Of a stretch of 64,000 nucleotides of DNA, positions 1-12,109 are shown in pieces. The position numbers were made by a program, and so were the translations under genes. The stretch covers positions 1,984,001 to 2,048,000 of the forward strand of contig JAWMAR010000258.1 in NCBI GenBank assembly GCA_036785375.1, written 5' to 3'. Below the pieces are notes generated by a model. The model was not told where the DNA came from, did no database searches, and was given only the letters and a program-made list of their open reading frames with translations. Origin of the DNA: Leucoraja ocellata (Eukaryota). Numbering within the stretch: position 1 is the stretch's first letter; the number at the start of each line of letters is the position of its first letter.

Positions 1-852
1 ATTCAAGATTCAATTTAATTGTCATTTGGACCCCTTGAGGTCCAAACGAAATGCCGTTTCTGCAGCCATACATTACAAACAAATAGACCCAAGACACAAC
101 ATAATTTACATAAACATGCATCACATCGCTGTGATGGAAGGCCAAAAAAATGTATCTCTCCACTGCACTCTCCCCCCCCCCCCCCCCCCGATGTCAGAGT
201 CAAAGTCAAAGCCCCCGGCTGGCGATGGCGATTGTCCCGCGGCCATTAAAGCCACGCCGGGTGATACAAGGTCGCAAACCGGGTCTTGCTGTTAGAGCCC
301 CCGGCGTGCGCTCGCAGAGTCCCGCGGCCATTCCAAGCCGCGCGGAGCGGTGATGTCAGGCCCCGCTCCAGGAGCTTTTTAACCCCGCAACTCGGGCGGG
401 AGAAGTCGCCATTGCAGGAGCCCTGAAAAGCGGTCTCCCTCCAAGGGCCTGCGGGCTCCCGGTGCCGCCGTCCACCAGACCCGCAGTTGCAGCCTCCGAA
501 TCTCCGGAGGTCGGGCCGCAGCAGCAGCAGCGCTCCACCACCGCTCCACCCGCTCTGGACTCGGCCAGCTCCGCGACGGTGAGGTGAGTCGTCGGCACCA
601 GAGTCCCCGGTCTTCTCCTGTTGGAGGCTGCTCCTCGTTGCAGCCCCAACGACAACAGAGACCCGACAGAAAAGGTCGGGTCTCCCGTGCAGGGAGAGAT
701 TTAAAAGTTACCCCCTCCCTCCCACCCCACCCCCCCCACACACACACCCCAACAAAAAATAACAAAAACTACATAGAAACATAGACAAAAAATAATAAAA
801 ACGCGGACGGGCTGCAGAGGCCGCTGCTGACGAGAGTCGCGCCGCCTACCGG
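1..852 (-). repeat. GC-rich dispersed repeat with a LINE-like (TTGAA) tail
   Basis: Related copies at about 18465-18965(-), 35470-36115(-) and 38540-39322(+); shared AAGCCACGCCGGG and GGGAGAAGTCGCC blocks with the 35.5 kb copy. Confidence 0.65.
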
Positions 853-2077
853 ATCTCCCCGACTCTCAGTCTGAAGAAGTGGTCACATACACCAAGTATG
901 AAGAAGTGTCTCGACCCGAAACATCACCCGTTCCTTCTTCCCAGAGATGCTTCCTATCCCGTTGAGTTACTCCAGCATTTTGTGTCTAACTACTATCTAC
1001 CTCACTGGTGACTCTCAGACTATCCTTGATTGGACTTTGCTGGCTTTACCTTGCACTAAACGTTATTCCCTTATCATGTATCTATACACTGTAAATGGCT
1101 CAATTGTAATCACGTATTGTGTTTCCGCTGACTGGATAGCTTTTCACTGTACCTCGGTACACGTGACAATAAACTAAACTAAACTGAACTGGGAACATGA
1201 GGAAAGGAACTGCAGATGCTGGTTTAAACCACAGATAGACACAACAAGCTGGAGTAACTCAATGGATCAGGCAGCATCACTGGAGAGAAGGAAACAATGG
1301 CCTGTATCCTTTATCATCATTACTTTTTTGCATATCATTCATTTGTTCTATTTATTTTTAAGAAAGAACTGCAGATGTTGGAAAAATCGAAGGTAGACAA
1401 AAATGCTGGAGAAACACAGCGGGTGGGGCAGCATCTATGGAGCGACGGAAATAGGTGACGTTTCGGGTCAAGACCGTTCTTCAGTCTGATGTGGGGCGGG
1501 GGGGGCGGGAAAAATAAAAGAGGCGGAGACAGTGGGCTGTGGATGAGCTGGGAAGGGGAGGGGAAGAAAGGAGAAAGCAGGGACTACCTGAAATTGGAGA
1601 AGTCAATGTTCATACCGCTGGGGTGTAAACTACCCAAGCAAAATATGAGGTGCTGCTCCTCCAATTTGCGGTGGGACTCACTCTGGCCATGGAGGAGGCC
1701 CAGGACAGAAAGGTCGGATTCGGAATGGGAGGGGAGTTGGAGTGCTGAGCCACCGGGAGATCAGGTTTGTTATTGCGAACTGAGCGGAGGTGTTGGGCGA
1801 AGTGATCTATATACGTTCTATATATATGTTTTATATCTCTCTACATCACCCTCTATATCTCTCGTTTCCCTTTCCCCTGAATCTGGGTCTGAAGAAGGGT
1901 CTCGACTTGAAACGTCACCTATTCCTTCTCTCCATAGATGATGCCTGACCCACTGAGTATCTCCCCACAGTTATTGTTGGCTAGCGATCAATATCCTCAC
2001 TGTAGCAGAGCAGACCCAGCAACCCTACGATAGTTGACCTCTGTTTCCCCCTGTTTCTTGTGAGGTTTCATACGTAC

Positions 2078-2169
2078 CTGGAGTCCTTGATGGTTGAGAC
2101 ATTGGTGTTCAGGGCAGTCTTGATATTCCTCAAGTTCCATATGATCATGACAAACAAAACCGTGTTAAC
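2078..2169 (-). CDS. TIM-IgV adhesion GPCR, exon 14 (TM5-ICL3, VNTVLFVMIIWNLRNIKTALNTNVSTIKDSR); TM6-TM7 exons lie left of the window
   Basis: 92 nt, phase 0-2, ttgcAG and GTACGT; LN..VST.KD.R is an ADGRE-type ICL3. Confidence 0.93.
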
Positions 2170-2354
2170 CTGCAACACAGCAGCACCGTAATTATAGTTC
2201 CAACTAGACCAAGTGATCTTCCAATCTCACTGTGGAACTGCTACACTACAATGCTGAGAAACTATATTCTGCACTCTGGTAGTTTTCTCTTCACTCGTAC
2301 TGTTGTACTTGAGTTTGGCTTGATTGTATTTATGCATGGTGGTGCAGCGGTAGA

Positions 2355-2806
2355 GATAACCATATAACCACATAACCATATAACAATTACAGCATGGAAA
2401 CAGGCCATCTCGGCCCTACAAGTCCGTGCCGAACAAATTTTTTTTCCCCCTTAGTCCCACCTGCCTGCACTCATACCATAACCCTCCATTCCCTTCTCAT
2501 CCATATGCCTATCCAATTTATTTTTAAATGATACCAATGAACCTGCCTCCACCACTTCCACTGGAAGCTCATTCCACACCGCTACCACTCTCTGAGTAAA
2601 GAGGTTCCCCCTCATGTTACCCCTAAACTTCTGTCCCTTAATTCTGAAGTCATGTCCTCTTGTTTGAATCCTCCCTATTCTCAAAGGGAAAAGCTTGTCC
2701 ACATCAACTCTGTCTATCCCTCTCATCATTTTAAAGAACTCTATCAAGTCCCCCCTCAACCTTCTGCGCTCCAGAGAATAAAGACCTAACTTATTCAACC
2801 TATCTC
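2355..2806 (-). mobile_element. CR1 3' fragment of a subfamily with an (ATATGGTT)n tail
   Basis: ORF LGLYSLERRRLRGDLIE. Other CR1 3' ends lie at about 4030-4330, 4690-4985, 7600-8000, 12240-12770, 15065-15410, 29055-29750, 32365-32795, 43000-43345, 45190-45483 and 52640-53365. Confidence 0.9.
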
Positions 2807-3071
2807 TGGATGCTGCCTGATAGCGCCAGAGTCCCGGGCTCAAAGCTGGCCACGGGTGCTGTCTGTACGGACAGCACGTCTGCCTCGGGGGGCAGCGGAG
2901 GCCGGTTCTCTGGATACTTTCAAGAGAGAGCTAGATAAGGCTCTTAAAGATAGCGGAGTCAGGGGACATGGGGAGAAGGCAGGAACGGGGTACTGATTGG
3001 GGATGATTAGCCATGATCACAGTGAATGGCGGTGCTGGCTCGAAGGGCCGAATGACCTATTCCTGCATCTA

Positions 3072-3208
3072 NNNNNNNNNNNNNNNNNNNNNNNNNNNNN
3101 NNNNNNNNNNNNNNNNNNNNNNNNNNNNNNNNNNNNNNNNNNNNNNNNNNNNNNNNNNNNNNNNNNNNNNNNNNNNNNNNNNNNNNNNNNNNNNNNNNNN
3201 NNNNNNNN
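3072..3208. other. Assembly gap
   Basis: N run; the flanking exons (67 and 92 nt) join in frame, so no coding exon appears to be lost. Confidence 1.
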
Positions 3209-5006
3209 CGCACACACACCTCTCTCTCATGTACACACACACAGGTACATGGATAGGACAGGTTTGGAGGGATATGGGCCACAGGAGGGCAGGTGGGACT
3301 AGTGTAGATGGCACATGTTGGTCAGTGTGGGCAAGTTGGGCTGAAGAGCCTGTTTCCACACTGTATCACGCTATGACTGTAAAACATGGACTGAGGAGCA
3401 GTCCATAAATGAAACATTCAACATGACACCAGGGTACTCATAGACATACTTGGTGCAAACTTCACCCCGATGAAAAATAAAAATCCCTGTGCAACAAGTA
3501 GCTAATAATAGACTGGGTTAAAAGAGGATTCAAGTTTCACAAGAGGGAGGGAATGTGCTGGTTTAGTCCAAAGCAGACCAAAATACAGGAGCTAGTGTGA
3601 GGGGGAGATTAGATGCTTTAAATGATGTAGAAAGAGTTGGTGGAGATTTGATGAGAGTTTGGTTTAGGTTAGTTTAGAGATACAGCACAGAAACAGGCCC
3701 TTTGGCCCACCAGGTCCACACCGACCAGCGATCCCCGCACACTAACACTATCCTACACACACTGGAGACAATTTACACATACACCAAGCCAATTAAACTA
3801 CAAACCTGTACGTCTTTGGAGTGTGGGAGGAAACCGGAGCACCCGGAGAAAACCCACACGGGTCACGAAGTGGATGTACAAACTCTGTACAGACAGAACG
3901 GCTGGTCAGGATGGAACCCAGGTCTCTGGAGCTGTGAGGCAGCAACTCTACCGCTGCGCCACCGTGCCACACTAATGGACAGGCCTTGAGATACCACCCG
4001 TGCCTGCTCCACTTACTCTGCCTCATAAACATAGACAATAGGTGCAGGAGTAGGCCATTCGGCCCTTCGAGCCAACATCACCATTCAATATGATCATGAC
4101 TGGTCATCCCAAATCAATACCCCATTCCTGCTTTCTCCCCATATCCCTTGATTCCGTTAGCCCAAAGAACTAAATCTAACTCTCTTTTGAAGACATCCTG
4201 TGAATTGGCCTCCACTGCCTTCTGTGGCAGAGAATTCCACAGATTCACAACTCTGGGTGAAAAAGCTTTTCCCTCATCACAATCCTAAACAGCCTACCCC
4301 TTGTTCTTAAACTGTGATACCTGGTTCTGGACTCGGTTGGGAAGGCGGATGAAGGCTGCGGCAGAAAAGGGTCTCCAGTCGCCTTGGACTCCATGCCACT
4401 GGATCCTGACCCAGATCTGTCAAGGACCGTGGGGTGGGCTGTCTGTACACCAGTCTCCCCACGTTAAACAAAGTCACGCACAGGCGTCCTCCACAGTCAT
4501 ACTCGTTGCGATGAAAGGGCGGGAGAGGGGAACAGGACCAGCAGCCAGCAGCTTGGGCAACCGTGGCCGGTGACATGTCCAGGCACTGGTCACTCATAGA
4601 CTGACCACAGGCAGTCACCCGCCATGGGAGGGTCACACACACACACGAAGGCACCACCTTCAACTCTCCCACTACCGTATGGCTTTCCCCTTATTTTAAG
4701 AATAAGGAATAAGCCATTTAGAACGGAGACAAGGAAACACTTTTTCACACAGAGAGCGGTGAATCTGTGGAATTCTCTGCCTCAGAGGGCGGTGGAGGCA
4801 GGTTCTCTGGATACTTTCAAGAGAGAGCTAGATAGGGCTTTTAAAGATAGTAGAGTCAGGGGATATGGGGAGAAGGCAGGAACGGGGTACTGATTGGGGA
4901 TGATCAGCCATGATCACATTGAGTGGCGGTGCTGGCTTGAAGGGCTGAATGGCCTACTCCTGCACTTAATTTCTATTGTCTATTGTATCACTCCTTCCAA
5001 CCTTAC

Positions 5007-5073
5007 CAAAACCACGAAGGACACCGGACCCAACAAACTCCAGATAAAACCTTTCTCCAGATCCAGCCAACAC
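5007..5073 (-). CDS. TIM-IgV adhesion GPCR, exon 13 (ECL2-TM5, CWLDLEKGFIWSLLGPVSFVVL)
   Basis: 67 nt, phase 2-0, cttgcAG and GTAAGG; CWL...GFIWS..GPV motif. Missed by the ORF track. Confidence 0.95.
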
Positions 5074-5692
5074 CTGCAAGTAAAGAAACATGTATTCATT
5101 TAGCAATGGGATTTTCAAAAGTAATAAGTTTTTTTTAACCTTCTGGGGCTTCTGTTAAAGTCTTGCATCACAACTTCTGACAGCCAGGGTGATTACAGCA
5201 ATGAAGATAGACGCAGAATAACTCAACGGGTCAGGCAGCATCTCTGGAGAACATGGAGAGCTGACGTTTCAGGTCGGGACCCTTCTTCAGAAGTGGTATT
5301 TGAGGCAGAACAAGGGTCTTGACCCGTAATGTCGCCCATTCCTTCTCTCCAGAGATGCTGCCTGTCCCGCTGAGTTACTCCAGCTTTTTGTGTCGATCTT
5401 CGGTTTAAACCAGCATCTGCAGTTCCTTCCTCCATATGATATTAACACCAATCAGGGTGAGTGGACTGGAGGCTGCGTCAGCTTGAATGGAGCATCTGGG
5501 TGGGCATGGAGGAGTTGGGCCTAGTCTGTGGCTCTGGGACAGCAGAGATTGTAAAGGCAGCACACAGTACAAACAGGTATATGTAGGAAGGAAGATGCTG
5601 CTTTAAACTGCATAGATAGACACAGAGCTGGAGTAACTCAGCGGGACAGGCAGCATCTCTGGAGAGAAGGAATGGGTGACGTTTCTTCAGTC

Positions 5693-6228
5693 TGTGTGAT
5701 GGTGTGTGTCAGTGTGTGTGTCACCGTGTGTGTCACTGTGTGTATCACTGTGTGTGTCACCATGTGTATCACCGTGTGTGGCGGTGTGTGTGGCGGTGTG
5801 TGTCACCGTGTGTGTCACCGTGTGTGACGGTGTGTGTGTCACTGCGTGTGTCACCGTGTGTCACCATGTGTATCACCGTGTGTGGCGGTGTGTGTGGCGG
5901 TGTGTGTCACCGTGTGTATCACCGTGTGTGGCGGTGTGTGTGTCACTGTGTGTGACGGTGTGTGTCACCGTGTGTGACGGTGTGTGTCACCGTGTGTGGC
6001 GGTGTGTGTCACTGTGTGTGACGGTGTGTGTCACCGTGTGTGGCGGTGTGTGTCACCGTGTGTGGCGGTGTGTGTCACCGTGCGTGGCGGTGTGTGTGGC
6101 GGTGTGTCAGATTCAGATTCAATTTTAATTGTCATTGTCAGTGTACAGTACAGAGACAATGAAATGCATTTACGCATGTCACCGTGTGTGTCACCATGTG
6201 TGTCACCGTGTGTGATGGTGTGTGTCAT
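5693..6228. repeat. GT-rich minisatellite (GTGTGTCACC/GTGTGGCG units) directly after the TM3-TM4 exon donor
   Basis: Visible tandem array, interrupted at about 6107-6175 by a LINE tail. Confidence 0.95.
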
Positions 6229-6234
6229 ACTGAC

Positions 6235-6470
6235 CGGTCATGACTCCAGTAGCCGCAGGTGTTGACAAAGGCTGCCACGGTCACCACCAGCGCCGGGCAC
6301 AGGTAGGCGACAGTGTACATGTATCGCCGCTTCATCACGCGTGTGCGGGTGAAGTTCACCACCTTCAGGTTGAGCACCATCAGCCACAGGTGTACGGCCT
6401 CCAGCAGCATCCAGCTGAACGCCACCAGCAGCAGGTAGTGCAGACTACCCAGCACCAACGCACACTCTAT
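6235..6470 (-). CDS. TIM-IgV adhesion GPCR, exon 12 (TM3-TM4)
   Basis: 236 nt, phase 0-2. C...LHYLLLVAFSWMLLEAVHLWLMVLNLKVVNF; the NLKVVN ICL2 is ADGRE (EMR1/EMR3)-like. Confidence 0.96.
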
Positions 6471-6765
6471 CTGCAGAGACAGCAGTGGTCACTGCATGCC
6501 CATTGGAGACCACTCAATACCCACCCCTCACCTACTCCACCCATCCTACACCCCCATCCAATCAAGGCCACCCACCCAAACAGCCAACCCATCCCTACCC
6601 ACTCTCACCCACCCTCAACCCAACACACTCCATGCCCCCTGGCCAATACCTACCTCACCCCTCATGCACCCTCAACCCACACCCCACACTCAACCCTCAC
6701 AAGACCCCCCCATCCCACATCACATGCACCCTACACCCACCCCGCACCCCTCACCCACACTTTAC

Positions 6766-6969
6766 CGATTGCGGTTTGATGAACATGGTGATGAGGAAGA
6801 GCAGCTCGGCCAGGAAGAGGTTGAGGCAGAGGTGCGCTCGGATCAGCGTGTAGAGGCCGCGGATGGCCTTGCACCAGAAGAAGGTTGCTAAGGACAACAA
6901 GAGGAAGAAGAGCGACACGGGCAGCACCAGCACAGTGATCCACCAGAGGGCGGTACTGTGCACCGGGTC
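6766..6969 (-). CDS. TIM-IgV adhesion GPCR, exon 11 (TM1-TM2)
   Basis: 204 nt, phase 0-0. ALWWITVLVLPVSLFFLLLSLATFFWCKAIR...HLCLNLFLAELLFL is adhesion-class TM1/TM2. Confidence 0.95.
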
Positions 6970-8689
6970 CTGAGGGCAACACAGATCAACATCAGGCAAC
7001 CGCAATGTAAATGGTCCAAGTTTACGATGCAGCACAAACCACACCAACTTACTCCAGTACTTTGTGAGCCTGAAGAAGGGTCTCGACCTGAAACGTCGCC
7101 TATTTCCTTCGCTCCGTAGATGCTGCCTCACCCGCTGAGTTCCTCAAGCATTTTTGTCTACCTTCCAGTCTTTTGTTAGGTTATTTTCTAAACCAGTATC
7201 AGCAGTTCAGACGAAATGTGTTGGAAGGAACAGCAGATGCTGGTTTACACTGAAGATATGCACAGAATGCTGGTGTAACTCAGTGGGTCAGGCAGCATCT
7301 ATGGAGCGAAGGAATTGGTGATGTTTCGGGTCGAAATCCTTCCTCTGATGCTGGTTTACATTGTGGAGAAATTCAACGGCAGCATCTTCAGAGAAAAAGG
7401 ATGGGTGACATTTTGTCTCGGTCTGTAGGCTTCCTCAAAGTGCCCCTGGAGTGTAGGATGCGAAAGTGGGATAACATGGAACTAGTGTACATGTGATCAG
7501 TAGTCGGCGTGGACTCGGTGGGCTATTATCAACAGACTGGAAAAGCAACAAAATGAAATGAAACAAATTTAAATGAAACTGAACTGAACTAAATTGTACA
7601 CTCTGGAGTTTAGAAGGATGAGAGGGTATCTCATTGAACATGTAAAGTCATTAAGGGTTTGGACACGCTAGAGGCAGGAAACAAGTTCCCGATGTTGGGG
7701 GAGTTCAGAACCAGGGGCCACAGTTTAAGAATAAGGGGTAGGCCATTTAGAACGGAGACGAGGAAACACTTTTTCACACAGAGAGTTGTGAATCTGTGGA
7801 ATTCCTCTATGGAGGCCGGTTCTCAGGATACTTTTAAGAGAGAGCTAGATAGGGCTCTTGAAGATAGCGGAGTCAGGGGATATGGAGAGAGAGCAGGAAC
7901 GGGGTACTGATTGTGGATGATCAGCCATGATCACATTGAATGGTGGCGCTGGCTCGAAGGGCCGAATGGCCTACTCCTGTACCTATTGTCTATTGTCTAA
8001 ATTAAACGGAACTTAGCGGAACAAAACTAATCTAAATGAAACTAATTTAAACTAAACTCCACTGAGCGAGCTTACCGAGGTCATGATCGAACCTGGCCAA
8101 TAGTTCTATGTTATCCCACTCTCACATCTCACACACTGGGGGCAATTTACAATTAACCTCCAAACCCGCACGTCTTTGGGATGTGGGAGGAAACGGGAGC
8201 ACCCGGAGGAAACCCACGCGGTCACGGGGTGAACGTGCAAACATTTGTGAAGACTTTCCACTGACTGGATAGCACGCAACAAAAACGCTATTCGATGCAT
8301 GTGACACTAAACAAAACAAATTTAAACTCCTCAACTAAAAGTGTTTAAACAAAACAAAACTAAAATAAAATGATTTAAACTAAACTAAATTAAAATAAAC
8401 CAAACTAATGTAAAATAAATTAAACTAAACTAAACTGAAAGAAAGGAAACATCTAAACTAAAAGAAGCTAAACTGAACTAAACTAAACTAAAGTGTCCCT
8501 GTATTTACATGGGGACAGCACCAGAGGTCAGGATTGAACCTGTGTCTCTGGCGTTGTGAGGCAGCAACTCTACCAGCTACTCCACTGTGTGGTGCCCGTG
8601 TTCCTGCTGCCTGTGTTCCTGCGCTGCCGGTCTGTGGGCCAAGTGGCTGCCCGATGCCCAGCTCCATGCCCGCTCTCCACCCGTCTCAC

Positions 8690-8842
8690 CATTTTGTACT
8701 GAGCCAGCAGCAGGGCAAAGCTGGACAGGGTGTTGTAGGTACAGGTGGCGTGAGTCTTGTTGCCGCTGCTCTCCTGCTGTGTTTCCCAGCCGTTGCCCAT
8801 CCAGGTGCCGCAGAGTCTCTTCCTCTTGCCATCATCGCACGG
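8690..8842 (-). CDS. TIM-IgV adhesion GPCR, exon 10 (GPS/Stachel exon)
   Basis: gcttccAG and GTGAGA, 153 nt, phase 0-0. PCDDGKRKRLCGTWMGNGWETQQESSGNKTHATCTYNTLSSFALLLAQYKM. Confidence 0.92.
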
Positions 8843-9054
8843 CTGGAAGCAAGCACACCCGAGTAGTACACCTCCCTTACACACACGCACGCACTCACAC
8901 ACACACACACACACACACACTCAAACACACACACACTCACACTATGACCGTGCGGTGAGGTCCTGGACTCTCCCACCAGTGGAAACATAGAAGATGTTGG
9001 AATCGATTTATTGCACAAGTTTCCAAAGCCGGTACCCAACCCAGGCGACGATAG

Positions 9055-9480
9055 TTTTAAAAATCAAAAATAATTTATTCACTTATTATTAAATAATATT
9101 TTACAAACTAAACCAGTGGTAACGCACCCAGCACCATAATACAAAATCACCAAATTATCTAATCACTCAATTTTCAAGTAACTATATCATCATCCATATT
9201 AATGACACATTCCACCCTCCGCGGTGCCCAGCGGTCCCGGAAATCCCCCAGGGTGCCCGTGGACAGCGCGTAGTCCGTCTCATACACCACCCGGGCGCGG
9301 AGGTAACCCCGGAAAAAGGGCAGGTAGCCGGCACGGGCAGAGCTCTCTTCCGACCTGGCGCTGTGACTCGCGGATGGCCAACTTGGCCAGGCCCAGGTGC
9401 AACCCAACCAGGACATCTTCAGCCCCCCTACCCTCTCCCCTACACACAGGGTGTCCAAAGATGTGGACGGTGGGTGTGGA
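9055..9480 (-). mobile_element. Tx1/L1-clade LINE 3' end
   Basis: Frameshifted LGLAKLAI...FRGYLRARV...FRDRWAP ORF2 C-terminus followed by an AT-rich 3' UTR with AATAAA. Confidence 0.7.
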
Positions 9481-10088
9481 GCACATTTGAGTGCTGGCCC
9501 ATAGAAGCAGATCTACAGTCACATTACAACCGCTCCACAATCTGAAATCTCTACATCTAAAGCAACATTTCTTACTTTCTCACCTCATTTCTAAAGCTTC
9601 ATCCTTTTGTTCTGAAGCTTTAGTTTAGTTTAGTTTATTTTAGAGATACAGCGCGGAAACAGGCCCTTCAGCTCACTGAGTCCGCGCCGACCAGCGATCC
9701 CCGCACATTAACATTATCCTACACACACTATGGACAATTTTTACATTTACTAAGCCAATTAACCCAGAAACCTGCACGTCTTTGGAGTGTGGGAGGAAAC
9801 CGAATATCCTGGAGAAAACCCACGCTGGTCACGGGGAGAACATGCAAACTCCGTACTGACAGCACCCACAGTCGGGATCGAACCCGGGTCTCCGGTGCTG
9901 ATTTGCTGTAAGGCAGCAACTCTACCGCTGTGCCACCGTGACCGCCCAAAAGCAGTGGCCACTGGTCCTAGACTCTCCCACTGGTGGAAGCATAGAAGAT
10001 GGTGGAATGGGTTTATTGCGCAGAGATCTCAGGGTCCGCCGTTACTGCCGTCTGCCTTGCCCCACCGCTGAGTGCTCACCTTGCTCAC

Positions 10089-10279
10089 CTCCTCCTTCAC
10101 ACGGAAGGTGATGTTGAGGGTTGGTGTCAGACCCTGCCTCTGGCCGCCCACTTTGGTCACCGTCACCACCTTCGAATTGAACTTCACACTGGCGTTGTCT
10201 CTGCCTCCCTCCTGCACCAACGTTGGCTCCACGACGGTCTCCAGCTCTCTGTAACCCAGGAAGATGAGGAGAGCGTTCT
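10089..10279 (-). CDS. TIM-IgV adhesion GPCR, exon 9 (GAIN subdomain B)
   Basis: 191 nt, phase 1-0. ENALLIFLGYRELE...FNSKVVTV...LTPTLNITF contains the GAIN Y..L, NS.VV and L...NITF motifs. Alternative donor at 10080. Confidence 0.9.
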
Positions 10280-11382
10280 CTGTCCCACCCCGTGTGTAAG
10301 AGAGAGGAAGGTGGACAGTCTGATTGGGCTCCATGTAGAAAGCACTACCACCTCGAAACTACTCATCCCCACCAGCTAACCTCATCCCACCCATCCCCAT
10401 CTCATCCGACCCCATCCCCATCTCATCCGACCCATCTAACCTCATCCCACCCATCCCCATCTCATCCCCACCAGCTAACCTCATCCCACCCCATCTAACC
10501 TCATCCCACCCCATCAAATCTCATCCCACCCCATCTCCATCTAACCCCATCCCACCTCATGCTCAACCCCAAACCTCATTAACCCTCACCCACCAGACTC
10601 CCATGGTTCCTGCATCCACCTCCAGACCCTCATCGTTCCATCAACCTCCATCCACTATTCAACCCCTCCATAACCTCCCTTCCTGGGCTGTCATAGCTGT
10701 ACCTGGGTTCCACCCGGAAACTCTGCCTCCCTCCCACCCTGCTCACCCACTCCCAAATTCCTTCACTCTGCCTTTGAATCGAGTTGGTACAGTCCACGGA
10801 TGTCCATCGTGGTCAGAGCAGGGGCCTGGACATGGGTGAACAGTGATGGCGGTCTCCACTGCTGTGGCCTGGACTGGCTCAGCATTATGGGACTTCCCGG
10901 TGAGCAGAGCAGCTCAGGGCTGGCCCAGGTGAGAAGATCATAAGGTCATAGTGATAGGACTAGCCCATCAAGTCTACTCTGCCATTCAATCATGGCTGAT
11001 GTATCTCTCTCTCCATTCTCCCCATAACATCTGACACCCGTACTAATCAAGAATCTATCTATCTCTGCCTTAACAATATCCACTGACTTGGCCTCCACAG
11101 CCTACTGTGGCAAAGAATTCCACAGATTCATCACCCTCTGACTAAGAAATTCTTCCTCATCTCCTTCCGAACAGAACGTCCTTTAATTCTGAAGCTGTGA
11201 CCTCTAGTCCTAGACTCTCCCACTAGTGGAAAAATCCTCTCCACATCCACTCTCTCCAGGCCTTTCACTATTGTGTGTGTTTCAATGAGGTCCCCCCTCA
11301 TCTGACCCTACTATCCGACCCAGGGGAAGGCTGGCAAGCTGCCCTCTGCCCTACGGATGGGGTAAGGAGAGCGGGCAGGTAC

Positions 11383-11502
11383 CGTGATCGTCCTGTCCCA
11401 GCAGCGAGAGGGAGCGGGCCACCAAGATGCTGTTGTAGGCGTTCAGGTAGATGATGGAACTCGCCGTCACTTTGTCCTTCTGTAGAGAAGCCACATCAAC
11501 CG
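11383..11502 (-). CDS. TIM-IgV adhesion GPCR, exon 8 (GAIN subdomain B, AVDVASLQKDKVTASSIIYLNAYNSILVARSLSLLGQDDH)
   Basis: cccgcAG acceptor, GT donor, 120 nt, phase 1-1, coding-like codon usage. Confidence 0.8.
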
Positions 11503-11931
11503 CTGCGGGCAAAGGGGACAGGTTACATGTGGTGAGAAGTTGGACAGGTGAGTCAATGGTGAGGTGGTGGACAGGTGAGTCAGCAGTGAAGATAGGCACA
11601 AAATGCTGGAGTAACTCAGCGGGACAGGCAACATCTCTGAAGAGAAGGAATGGGTGACGTTTCGGGTCGAGACCTTTCTTCAGACTGATGCTGCCTGTCC
11701 CGCTGAGCTCCGGCATTTTGTGTCTGTCTTCAATTTAAACCAGCATCTGCAGTTCTTTTCTACACATAGAGAGATGTTGTACAGGTCAATCAATGGACAG
11801 ATGTTGTACAGATAAGTCAATGGACAGATGTTGTGCAGGTGAACCCGGGTCTCTGGCGCTGCAAGGCAGCAACTCTACCGGGAGAATGGGGTTCGGAGGG
11901 AGAGAGAAGTGGAGTGCGGGGTGTCACTTAC

Positions 11932-12109
11932 CGATGGTGGACGACGAATAGCGCGTCTTGTTGTTGCGGAGTAGGTTGAGCGCAGCGTCGGCGATGGCAA
12001 CCTCCATGGCCTGCAGCAGGTGTCCAAGAGCTGCCTGCTGCTGCTGCTTGTTCAGGTGGCCCCATTCCTCCGGGCTGGCCAACACCGACTGGGAGAAATT
12101 ACTGAGCGT
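11932..12109 (-). CDS. TIM-IgV adhesion GPCR, exon 7 (GAIN subdomain A)
   Basis: 178 nt, phase 0-1, GTAAGT donor. TLSNFSQSVLASPEEWGHLNKQQQQAALGHLLQAMEVAIA matches the W..L......A..LL..xE helical pattern of GAIN-A. Confidence 0.88.

Noticed and set aside
5704-6265. Cys/Val-rich ORFs (VSPCV repeats)
   Set aside because: Translations of an intronic GT minisatellite, open in several frames.
8843-8875. Longer GPS exon beginning GGVLLGCACFQ
   Set aside because: In frame, but its acceptor lacks a pyrimidine tract. The gcttccAG at 8843 fits the GPS alignment better. Not fully excluded.
8965-10022. About 55-bp diverged direct repeat (8965-9020 and 9968-10022) as a TSD of the Tx1 fragment
   Set aside because: Too long and too diverged for a TSD, partly a common CR1 fragment, and it encloses more than one element; probably an old local duplication.
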